Part shown: positions 46,806-57,800 of the stretch, piece after piece
Layout: every line of letters starts with the position of its first letter
How positions within the stretch are numbered: position 1 is the stretch's first letter
Origin: Camelus ferus
Lineage: Eukaryota
Direction of reading: 5' to 3'
NCBI RefSeq assembly: GCF_009834535.1
Contig: NC_045697.1
Span: 932,001-996,000, forward strand
DNA length: 64,000 bases
The notes under the pieces: generated by a model
The model's database searches: none
Seen by the model: the letters and a program-made list of their open reading frames with translations, nothing else
What the model was told of the DNA's origin: nothing
Position numbers and translations under genes: made by a program

Positions 46806-47799
46806 GAGACGATATGTCCGGAGAGTGTTCTGCTCCAGGGTGCAGCATCAGTTCCCAGGGCGTGCACCTTAGGGTCTCAGCTGCATGTCCAGGGACGTTC
46901 ATGGGACTCCATGAGGCCTCCACTCTGGCCAGGCCAGAGTCCCACAGAAGTTGTTTTCTGGTCAGTCCAGGATCCTCACCCTAAGCACGTCCTCAGCCAA
47001 GGACAGTGGGACTCCCCTCTACACCTGGCCTCTTCTCCAGGGCCCTCCCCACAGCTTCCAGCCGCATCGCTGCCCTGTTGGACTCCATCTCCCTGTGCCA
47101 TGGGAGGAGGCTGCCCACAGGTAGAGAGCCGGGCTGCACGGTGTCCAGGAGTGCCTCTGGGAGGCCCCTTCCCTCGGGATCGCAGTCCTGTGCTTGCCTT
47201 TCCTCACCACCTGAGAACCATCATCTCAGCTGTTTTGTGCATGTAATGGTGCTTACGGTGGGAGGCTGGTCTTGTCCCAACTTATCTGTTACAGCCCACA
47301 GCAGCAGCCTTGGTTAGAGTTTCCTTTTAAAAGAGATTCTTCTACATTTGTGGGAAAACTGGCAAGCTCTGAATCAAGTCTGGGGTTTAGTCACATTGGT
47401 TTCTTAGTTTTGACAAAGCTACTATGGAAATGTAAGGTCAGTTGACATTAGGGGAAACAGTTGGGGGCAACTCTGCTATATTTGCCTTTTTTTCCCCTGT
47501 AAATTTAAGTTTATTCCAGTGAAAAAAGTAATAAAAAGGATCTGTCTGGCTGGGAGCAGGAAGTGGCTCCTAGTGGCCATTCCTCCTGTCCCTGGTCAGT
47601 CCCCAACTTAGGTCAGTGAAGCTGGTCACCTATCCAGAACAGCAGTGGTCCACAGCACTCCCCAAGCTCTTAACAGCGCTTACATCTCGCTGCAGGCCCA
47701 GGGCTTAGGAAGAACTTTTATTTTCTTCTTTCTGCTGTCCTGGGTTTTAATTTCCTGAAATTTTCACAATTAGAAAAAGAAGCGCTACTGTAGCACAAA

Positions 47800-48430
47800 A
47801 CAATGTTTCTTTAGCCGAAGCCTGAGTGAGTGGGCAGCGCTGGCCGCGGGCCCTGCCCAGGCTGGTCCTGGATCTGGGCAGTCTCGGTGAAGAGGGGGGG
47901 GTGCAGGGGCTGCAGGAGGGGTGCGGGTGGCATGGTGGAGGTCGCCCGTCTTCTCACCACTGCTGTCCGTTCTCAGGCATCGCTTGCCTCCCTCCAAGAG
48001 AGCCAGAGCGGCAAAAACCAAACAGCCTTGACGCGGGGCGGAGAGCCGACATGACCGGTGCGAGCGAGAGCAGAGCGCGGGCACAGGGCGGGGCCGCTAG
48101 GGGGCGGGGCTTTGAGGAGCGTGACCAATGAGCGGCGGGACTGTGTGGGGCTGGGCTCGGAGGCGGGGTCAGGGCGGAGGGAGACCTGCGGCCGGCTCTC
48201 CCCGCGGGTCCCTAACCTTGGGAGCCCCGCCGCCCGGCCAGGCCAGGCCAGGCCAGGGCTCCTCATCGTGTGAGCCTCCCTGTCCCAGTCGCTCCGCCGC
48301 GCCTGGCTCGCACCGTCCCCACCCTGCGCTTTCTGGAGGGCGGGCGGCCCCGCAGGTGCGCGCTCGCTCCCTCAGCGGAGGCGGGCTCTGACTTGACACA
48401 GCCATTCCTGCCTCGCAGCCGCTCCCAAAG
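47800..48430. promoter_or_regulatory. Small CpG island with promoter-like motifs between LETM1 and NSD2
   Basis: GC boxes, TGACCAATGAG (CCAAT 48125-48129), CTCF-like CCGCTAGGGGGCGG 48094-48107. Confidence 0.65.
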
Positions 48431-48511
48431 CAAGTAATGAGCTATTCTTGTCACCCTTTCACATACAGAGGCCTCACAACCTGCCCAAGGTCATGCAACT
48501 AGGAAGAGAGG

Positions 48512-48928
48512 TGTTGTGGGTTGAATTGTGACACCTCCCGCCAAAAAAGAGATGTGTTTAAGTACCAACTCCGGTGCATGGGAATGCGACCTTAACTGGA
48601 AACAGGGTCTTTGCAGATGTCATTAACTTAAGACGGGGTCATTAGGTGGGCCCTAATCCAATGACTAGTGACCTTATAGGAAGAGAAAACAGACAGGTGG
48701 AGACGCAGGGAGAGGGCCCTGTGAAGACAGAGCCTGGGAGTGAAGAGATGCTGATAGAAACCAAAGACCACCATGGACTGCCAGCCACCACCAGAAGCTA
48801 GGGAGAGCCTTTGGAGGGAACGAGCCCCTACATGCATTTTGGTTTCAGGCTTCTGGCCTCCGGAACTGTGAGAGAAAGACTTTGCATTGTCCTGTGGTAC
48901 TCTATCAGCAGCCTGAAGCTGCTAGAAC
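48512..48928 (+). mobile_element. MLT1 (MaLR) LTR, MLT1B/C-like
   Basis: tgttgtgggttgaattgtg...ggaaacagggtctttgcagatgt...gggccctaatccaatgact...ccaccagaagctagg...cttctggcctccggaactgtgaga. Confidence 0.8.
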
Positions 48929-49249
48929 AAGGGGAAACCAAACCTGGAAGCCTGGCACTCAGTCCATCATGAGGTCGCACGGGCACCTGGAGATAAACGT
49001 GGGCTGCGTGTGCCCCCAGGGGGACTCAGCCAGCCTGAGAGGGGGTAGAGGAAGGCTTCTGGAGAAAGTCACATCCCAGCTAAGACCTGGCATGGGGAGA
49101 GGAAGGGAAGAAGTCCAGTCTGGTACCCTGCCCAGGGGTAGGTGCACGTGTCTGTCCAAGGGGTGTAGTCCAGTGAGGAGTGAGCTTTATTGACTGGGAG
49201 CACTGGGGAGAGGGCTGGTGGAAGAGGCAGAGTGTGATGGCCTCCTCAT

Positions 49250-49560
49250 TCCTGCAAGTCTGATGCAAGGCTCGCCAAGAAGTGGGCTTTGTGAGGGGGC
49301 ACTGGGGAGCCATAGCAGGATTTCTAGCAGGTGGGTGACATGATCAGTTTTGTGGTTTAGGAAACTTCCCTTGGCTGGGTGCAGAGAATGAACTAAAGGG
49401 GGAGAAAGTGGTGGGGAACCAGTGAGGAGAAAACTGCTGCCCAATTCCAGATAGGAAGCCGAACTAAGACCCTGGTAGGAGCGGGGCAGGGTGGCAGGAG
49501 AGCAGAGGCTGGCTTAGAGGAGGTTTTAGGAAGTGGAATCCTGGGGAGGGGTGAGCCCCA
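49250..49560. mobile_element. L2 remnant
   Basis: ggcactggggagccatagcaggattt...gtgacatgatcag...ttaggaaacttcccttggctg. Confidence 0.5.
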
Positions 49561-52500
49561 GGCTGGCTGGGGTGGAATCTCCAGGACGCAGCCCATGGCG
49601 GGGTGGGGAGGTGGGGAAGATGGCTCTGAGGTTGCCCTTAGGAGGGGACTATGGTCCGGGGCTGTGGTTTGTTCCTGCAGGTGACCACTGAGATTCTGAT
49701 GACGGGCACCTCAGGCCTCCGGGGCTCCTGTAGGTCAATCTTGAGGCTGATGGAGAGAGGGGCGGGCAGAGAAGGTGGGGAGGCCTCCTGTTCAGGCCTC
49801 TCACCTGGGATTTGGGTGGGGGTGCGTGGTTTTTCAGCAAAGCTTCAGTCTCCACGTCATCTCCCTGACAGGGACCCTTGCTCAATGGAGGGTTGGCCCA
49901 TGTGACCCTGAGAGGCCTCACAGTACTGCCGCTAACTCCTGTGGGCTGGCCCAGTGAACGGAAGTGGTCCTTGGGCTAGGCAAGAACTGAGGAAGAATTG
50001 AGCCTTTAGAAAGGCAAACTTCCAGCCTGGGGAGCAGAGCGGTCAGGGCTGGGAAGGGGCTGCCAAGAAGGTCTGGGGGTGTGAGGCTTTGGCCACTGCT
50101 TGGCTTGGGCTCTGGGCCTCCCCCACTCCCCTCCTTGGAGGCAGGGGCCACCTGGGGCATGGGAGGAGGGGCGGCTTGAGACCACTGGTTTCCACTTGGA
50201 AGCTCTCTTTATTTGGCCAGGGATGGAGAAAGGCTGGGGTCAGAGTGCATGCATCCCCATGGAAACAGCAATGAGCCTGGCCCCTGGGGGACCCTGGCCC
50301 TGGTGGGGGATGGGGAGGCCAAACCGGGGCTCAGGGGCTCCTTTGGTTAAGGGGCCTGGGCTTTGCCTTTGGCAGCAGCTCTTGCAGGGAGGTCTCAGCC
50401 ATGAGCTGCAGGGCCTGTGTGGAGGAGGAGCAGGGAGGCAGAGTGGGCTTTGGCTAGGACCACACAGAGAACATGGAGTGGACTGTGCCCCCTAGAACTG
50501 TATGCCCTGAGTGAGCGGTTAATGGCTGCAGACTTTGAGACCAGGGGACTCCCAGCTCCACTTGACCCCTTGTTCTGTGGCTGCATGGCTGGCCTTAGAG
50601 CTAGCAGGCAGGCCTGGGGTTCTCTGATTCTAAATGCCTTACCTAGTTCGGCCTCAGCCTGAGAGGCTGATGGGGGCGGGGCAGCAGGGGGGAGCTGAGA
50701 TGGAGAGCAACTGAACCCCAATAGGCCAGAGCAGGGCAGCCATTGCCCTTGGAATGCCTCTCCTCTGTGGTTGCTACTTGATATCAGTAGATTTCCAGTC
50801 CCTCGGTTTCCTGCAATCTCCTCTCTAAGTATAGTTTTCATTCTGAGAAATGTTAAGACTCTCAAAGAGACCCAAACAAGGTTCGGCCCCAGCTGCTGAT
50901 ATCCTTGAGTGCCCTGCACCTCTCTGTGCCCACCAGGCTTGGGTCTTCCACCATCATGGCCCTCCCCCATCTGCAAGGGGGCAAAGGGGCAGATGAGAGT
51001 CTCCTCACCCAGGAATCTACCTGTCCACGGCTTCCTTCAGTCCTGTGAGGGGCTCCTGTTCCTTGCACTGATGGAGGGAGTCCTGATCATCAGAAATATG
51101 GTCTCCACAGGGTGAGGACCCTGGTGTGTGCAGGGCTGAGGCTGCCCAAATGGCCAGACTGGATGAAAAGGGCTTAGGGCCCAGGGAGGCCTGCACTCAG
51201 CGGGAAAATATCAGCCAGCACCAAATAACTTTCTTCAAGAAAATTTAAACACACACTTGCATGTTTTGAATAAATTTACATGTTGATTGCACTATTCTAG
51301 AGTTTTTTTTTTTTTTTTTTTTGAAGAGGAGCCTAATTCTAAATCTGTGAAATCAAATGAGATCTGGTGGTACTTGTCTTGTACTGCAGGGATTTAAAGA
51401 TACTGGGGAGATGGGCAGTTTTCAGGCTTGTGCTGCAGAGGGATCCAGGGCCCAGAAAGAGTACCTACTCTCCCTACAGCCAAGAGATGTGGCAAAATGC
51501 AAATGTGAATGGACCACCACCCAGCTAGACACCTTCCAGTGGCACCTGGTGGCCGGAGGTGAGTCCTGGCAGTGACTGATAGGGGAAGGGCTTCTCTTCT
51601 GGTCGCTCAGGCTCCAGTACCCTGCAAGGGTGCAGCACACACAGTAGGATCTCACCATATAGCCTTGGATGGGAGGGTGAGCAAGTCTGTAATCCTTTTC
51701 CCCTGGGACACTGCGGAGGGCCTCTCATGCTCTGGGGAAGCAGAAGCTTGCCCTGCTGGAGGTAGGGAGTCTGAAGTGCCAACTTCTCTTAAGTGAGTGT
51801 GGCCTACCAGAGTCCTGCACTGGCAGAGCTGACCAGGCCTTTGTATTCCATCCCTTCAGTTACCAGATGTGGCTGCCCCAGGAAAGAGAGACCAGCAGGG
51901 AGGTGGCTCTCTGCAGCTGGCGTAGACCTTGTAGGAGCTGGCAGCTGGAAGCTGGGCAGGAAGACCTTCCTTGAATGGGCACTTGAGGGGCACATCTCTG
52001 TGTCCACCGTAATAGTCCACTGTCCTCACCATAAGCCAGGGTGATCTTCTCAAAGCTAGACCCTGACCACTGGTTGGCACTCCTAGGCCTGCCCTGGGCC
52101 TCTTCCCCACCCCAGCCTCACAAGAATGGCATGAACCCTAGCAGTTTCAGGGGCTGGAAGTTCTGCCTCTGACCACGGACTCCCCACTGCACCGAGACCC
52201 AGGCCAGATCCCAGCTTGCGAGGTGCGGGGAAGGCTGAATCCACGCCCTGCAGATATTCTGCAGGAAGACCTCACTACCATCGCGACGGCCAGCCTCTCT
52301 CCGGCCTGCTTTCCCCTCTCCCACTTGGTGTTTGTGATGCAGGTTCCGGGAGCGCAGGTATGGGGGCCGCTGCACCCTTTTCGGCAGTCCTGGGAGCTCC
52401 CCCAATATTGCTTTCCTGCGAGTTCCAGCTGTTTCGCGTCCAGGGGCGGTTGGAACCTGACCTCCGCCTTCCCGGACTGGGGACCCGCGCCAGAGAGCCT

Positions 52501-53099
52501 CCTGACCTGGGAGCCCTCTTCACGCACCGAGGCAGGGGCGTGTGGGTGACCAAGTGGGTGACCACTTGGGTGTCGGCCTGCGGCTAGCACAGGCCTAGCC
52601 CGCGCGCGGCCTTGCGGGCGTAGGCCACGCGGGGAGCCAGGGCGGGAGCGGCGCCGCTGGCCCCCTATCCCGGCTCCACGGCCGCGCGCCCCGAGCTGGG
52701 GCCGCGATCGCGCGGGCGGCCTCGCTGGCGACGATTGGGCGCGCGACAGTGACGTCACCACCCCGCGCGCGCGCGCTCCGGACTCTGGCTCCGGGCTTTC
52801 GGTTGAGCCGCCTCCTGTCGCGCGCCTGGCCGAGTAGCGGGAGCGGGGCGCGCGCCCGGAGCCGGTCTGAGGCGGCTCGCGGGGTCCCGCGCTCCCCGCC
52901 CCGGCCCGCGCCCTCGACCCTAGGCCCCGGCCAGCGCCCCCGACCCCAGGCCAGCGGTCCCCGCCCGCGTCCCCGGCCGCCGCCCGCAGCCGCCCCGCCC
53001 CGCGCGGATTTGAAAAGCCCGGCCGCAGCCCCGCGAGCGCGGCAGCCAATCAGCGGCGCTCACTTTCCCGCGGCTTCTGCGAGGCGGCGGCGGCCCGGC

Positions 53100-53176
53100 G
53101 GCGGCGGCGGCGGGCGGGAGGCGCGGGGGCGGGGTCGGCGCCGCGCGCGGAGAGCCTCGGCCTGGCCGCGCTGCGC

Positions 53177-53217
<41 letters not shown>

Positions 53218-53360
53218 CCCTCCCCTCCCTCGGCCCTCCCTCCCTCCCTCCCCCGCGGCCCCGGCCCCGGCCCCCTCCCCGGCCGCCGCCGCCGGAGCCG
53301 CCGCGCCGGAGAGCCGCCGCCGCCGCCGCCGCCGTCGCCAGAGGATGCGCCGCACAACAG
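53100..53360 (+). other. NSD2: NSD2 non-coding exon 1 (5' boundary approximate)
   Basis: Ends GAGGATGCGCCGCACAACAG|gtcact, similar to the end of human NSD2 exon 1 as I recall it; no NSD2 coding exon found in the window. Confidence 0.7.
53177..53215 (+). repeat. (CCG)13 trinucleotide repeat
   Basis: 13 uninterrupted CCG units counted directly. Confidence 0.95.
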
Positions 53361-56300
53361 GTCACTGGCGCCGCCGGCCCAACCGCCGCGGGTTGGAGGG
53401 GCGGAGGGGCGGAGGGGCCGGGGCCGGGCCGGGCCGGGCGGGCTAACGGGGCCGGGCGGCGGGCGGGCGCGGCCATGTTGGGCCCGGGGCCGGCGGCTGC
53501 ACCTGTGCCGGCCTCCGGGCCGGCGGCCTTTGTTCGCGGCGGCGCCGAGCGGGCCGGGGCCGGGGCCGGGGCCGGGCCGGGCCGGGCCGGGCCGGGTGGC
53601 GGTGGGAGGGGCGGCCGGGGCCGGGGGCGCTTTTTGTCTGCGGAGGGTCCGCGCTGACACCCGGACGCCGGCCGTTGGTCAGCGCGGGCGCCCGAGCCGC
53701 CTGGCCTTGGCAGGTGGAGGCGCGGGGACCCCGCCCGGGGCTGCGGGCCCTCGGCGCCCGCGCTGGGCGCAGACAGCGGCCCGAGGCCCCCGGGCGCGCA
53801 GCGGTGCGTCCCCGGGCCGAGCGGCCGGCTCTGCCCGACTCGTGAGAAGGGCGGTTTAAAATCTCGGCTTTTAAAAAAACTAGTCCGAGTTTCGGCCGAA
53901 GGAACAGGACCCGGTGCAGCGTTAGTGTTTTTCTCCTTGTGTGCCAAGACGCGAGTAGATTTGACATGCGAGTGGAAACTTAGTATCACCACGGCGTTAA
54001 TCACTCCTGGGCTGGTGGTTAGAGCGCGTGTGTGTGCGTGTGTGTCACAGAACCTGTGAAAGGAAGACCAAGTCGGTGAGGGTGAGTGCAGAGCTAGGGT
54101 AGGGAAGTTCTTCAGTCCTGACAACCGCGCTCAGACGTTCAAGGCCTTGACTTTTGAATGACTTAAGCGCCAAGATGTGTGTTCCCTAATCACTAAACAA
54201 CTTAAAAACCTCACGTGGGTACCACGCGTTGAGTATACTGACTCTTCTTTTATGTACTTTAAAATAAGATTATTAAGATGGAAAATAAGTTAGACACCAT
54301 CCCATCTCATTTATGTAACCAGGACTTTAACTTTTTTATTTTCTCAGCTGTTTTAAAGGTCCTGTTACATATTTAAATATGAGAGCAACAATGAAAAAGC
54401 ACAGCTCTGATATGCAACGTGAAGGAAACAAGTCCTGAGAGCACAGGCTCTTGGCGGTGTGCTTGCTGTGCGCTCCTGCACCCCACAACCGCCCTTAGTT
54501 CAAATCTAAACTGCCGACTGGAAGTGCAGAGGACTCATGCCCTAAGCACGATTACTTTGAGTCATTTCCTTTTCTTTTCTTTCATTTTCTCAGACGCCCA
54601 GCAGCCTTCAGTCTTGGGCCGATGGTTGGTAAAGTGGTACAAAAGTCCTCCCCCCGAGACTGCGTGACTACCGTTGAGGCTGGCCTCTGATTCCAGTGGT
54701 AAACATTCCAATTTAGGAAAATCAGATAAATAACTTTATGAATTTCAGAAAATCATGAGCTTATTATTCTTGTGTGTGCACATGTATGATAAATGCAATG
54801 TGGTTTGTAAATTAACATAATTTGAAGTTATGTGGAGAAACATAGAACAAAACAGTAAGGTAAACAGGCTGCCACATGTGGCTACTAAGGCTCATGGTTT
54901 TTATTTAGCTGATTTACACTGGGCTGTTAAAATAGCATTTACTTAAATGTGAGGAATCAGATGAAGATTATGTCAGAATTGCAGGAATTAGAAATGAGAA
55001 ATTAGAGACCCGTGGCTTAGTTTCGGAGGAGTGAATGGAGCCTTCCACCTGTGTGGGACCTCTCCTACAAGTAGTCCAGTGTTAAAAAGTTTACTCAAAA
55101 AAAAGTTAACTCACATGGCAGAATGTAAACTAATTAGTTACTCCCTTTTTTATGGTTTGCTGCTTCAGTGTAAATCATGTAAAAGTAGGTGGGATTAGAC
55201 TCACTGAGAAGTGCTGGTGAGAGGGTAGAAGACACCAATAGAACGTGTGCTATAGGAGACATGGGATTGTCACTGAGCATGCGTCAAAGGGTGTGCGAAG
55301 ATGATGCTGAAGTTCATAATCCACATTTATTTTGCCCTGGTCTTTAAATCTGGCAAATAACCTTTCTCAGTAAGTACTATAATTAATCAGCGGGAACTGA
55401 AGATGCAAGGCTTTCTACTCACGTATTCTGGTACGCAGGTTTGCTTTGTTTTGATGAACTTCCTGGCTGCAGAGTGTATGCAGTTTGGGATAAGCGTCTT
55501 AGTGCTCTGAGCTTCACTCTTCTCCGCCAGACTGAATAAACGTGCCCTTGTCCCTGAATATGTGGTGCCCTGTCCTGGCCCGAGCCTCTGCGTGGACTTT
55601 TTTTTTTTAACAGTTCTAAAAGTTTTATTCCTGGAGATTTGACTCTCAAAGCTTTCAAAAAAGAATTCACTGCTTTTAACTAAAGTAATAAAATGTACGG
55701 ACCGCTTTGCAAATTTGCGTGTCACCTTGTACAGGGGCCGTGCTGCTCTTCTCTGTGGCGGTCCAGTTTTGGTATTTGTGCTGCCGGAGCGAGCACTGTG
55801 TGGACTCTTGTTGGGTGTGGACCAGCTGTCTCCCTTTTTGAGCGCAGAGGACCCAGCCTTTGATGGCTGTAAGTGACCTTTCTCCCCTGTTGTATGAGCT
55901 TTTGGAGGTAGGATTCGCAAAACCTTGGGCAGCCTGGCCTGCACTGGTGCCTCCTCAGGGCAGGCCTCCAGTGAATGCTGAATAAATGGGCGTATGATTT
56001 AGGATAAACAACACATTCTAATACCAGCATCTGGCCTGTTTGTGTTTCTTTTCCTTAAGTCATGTTTGAGGGGAAAGGGACCCCCTGGAAGAAGCTGAGT
56101 GTGAAAAGTCAGGGGCTGGCTGTGGCCACTTTACCTGGGGGAGCCAAGACCCTGTTGGCCAGGCAGGGCTATTTCCTTCCTTTTCCTTTTTCCATCATAG
56201 TCAACTCAAAGGTTAAATAAAAATTAATGATGAAAAATTGCAAGCATATGAGTACAACAAATAATTGAACAGACCTGTACCTACCACTGAGATGTTTCTG

Positions 56301-57379
56301 CTGAACCTCTCTGCGTCACTGGGCAAAGTAAAAAGAGTGTAAAATATACAAAATACAAGAGCAGGCAACATGGAAGTTGTAAAGGATTATGTTTATATTT
56401 TACAAAGTGTTTTTATGTGATCTGTTAATTTCCTTTTCAGGAACTGTTATTACGGTAAGCACTTTGGGGAGAAAAAGACTTAAATTGGTTACCCCGGGGA
56501 CTTGTCAGCATTTTGCATTTGTCTCTTGGTTTCAGTATACAAAGGAGCTGATTGATTTGATGAGATTTGGTTGCTAGTTAAATAATTCAAGACAGACCTC
56601 AAATTAGTTTTGTTCTTGAGTCTGCCTTCCAAAAAGCAAACGGCCAAAGCTCAATTTTCAAAGCATCTTAATTTTTTTTAATACTTATTGGTTTCAACAA
56701 GGTATATGATGATAGAAACTGCTAAATGCTGGCTGAGCTGAGTGCTGGCCTACAGCTCAAAAACCCTAGTAGTGAGACTTCCCTAGTGGGTTTGTAGAGA
56801 GACAATGTTTGGTCTTACTGGAAGGAGTTGGGAGCTCAACTTTTAACTTGACTGGTTGTCATTGAAAGAGTTGATGATATGAATTGTTTGTTGTGCTGTT
56901 AAGGGTGTATTATATCAGCCGTGTTTTCACATTTTGATTAATTTTTCACGTGTGTTTGCTGTTGTGTTATGGAGGCTGGCAGGTCGGAAAGTGTGTTTCT
57001 GTCTCCGGCTTTACTAACCTCAGTCAGTACTCCACACCCTGCCTGGTCTTTCTAGAATGTAGCTGTGATCATGTGAGGCCCCACTCTTCAGGGATCTCTG
57101 CTGTCCTTTGGGGTTCAAGACCAGTCTGTCATTGGGCTTCTTGTTTTGACCTCCCCTGACCTCTTCAGCCCGTCTTGCTGCTGAGCTCTTCCCTTGGGCC
57201 TCTGCGTAGTCAGATTTTGTCCCTGCTTCCCACTCCTCCCCTCCAGTGCATGTGTGGGCTCAGCTGGCTTTTCCTGTTAATTCCTTCTCATTCAGCTCTC
57301 GGCTTGGACCTCCCTGCTAGAAAGCAACCCCAGACTCCCTGCCTGTCTGGAGAGCCCTCATAGGTATGTCTTGAGCACA

Positions 57380-57800
57380 TTGTGTTTCGCCTGCTCCATT
57401 CTCACTCTGCTCCGGCCACCCTGGCCTCTGGCCTCCTGGAGCACCGAGGCCATTCCAGGCCCCAGGCAACTGCACCTGCTGTGCCTTCTGCCGGGACACC
57501 TGCCTGGCTTGCTCTTTACTGCCTGTAAGGCTTTACTCAAACTTCCCCTTCTCGGCCCCTTCCCTGACACTGATTTAAGACACCCTGCTGCGTCTGGCCC
57601 TGCCCATCTGCCTTAGCTTCTATTCCACAGCACTTATCCTCTGACATTCCAGGCATTTTCCTTTTTTGTCTCTCTGCCTGGCTTCATCGAGGTGTCTGTA
57701 AAGGCAGGAATTGCTCTTCTTTTGGCTTTGATTACTGTCATATGCCTCGTACCTGGAACAGTAGGTGAGTGACTGTCAGTCAGAGACTGTTTGAGTGAAC
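57380..57800. mobile_element. L2 remnant
   Basis: ctcactctgctccggccaccctggcctc...ccaggccccaggc...cctcgtacctggaacagt...tgtttgagtgaa. Confidence 0.5.

Larger units (their letters stand above)
52500..53900 (+). promoter_or_regulatory. NSD2: NSD2 (WHSC1) CpG-island promoter
   Basis: CpG island with CRE TGACGTCA 52750-52757, CCAAT boxes 52734-52738(-) and 53046-53050, CHR TTTGAA 53009-53014, E2F TTTCCCGC 53064-53071; synteny FGFR3-LETM1-NSD2. Confidence 0.85.

Noticed and set aside
52147..54124. Long ORFs of 246-354 aa over the NSD2 promoter, including poly-Arg and poly-Ala
   Set aside because: GC-content artefacts and translations of the CCG repeat; no recognisable domain
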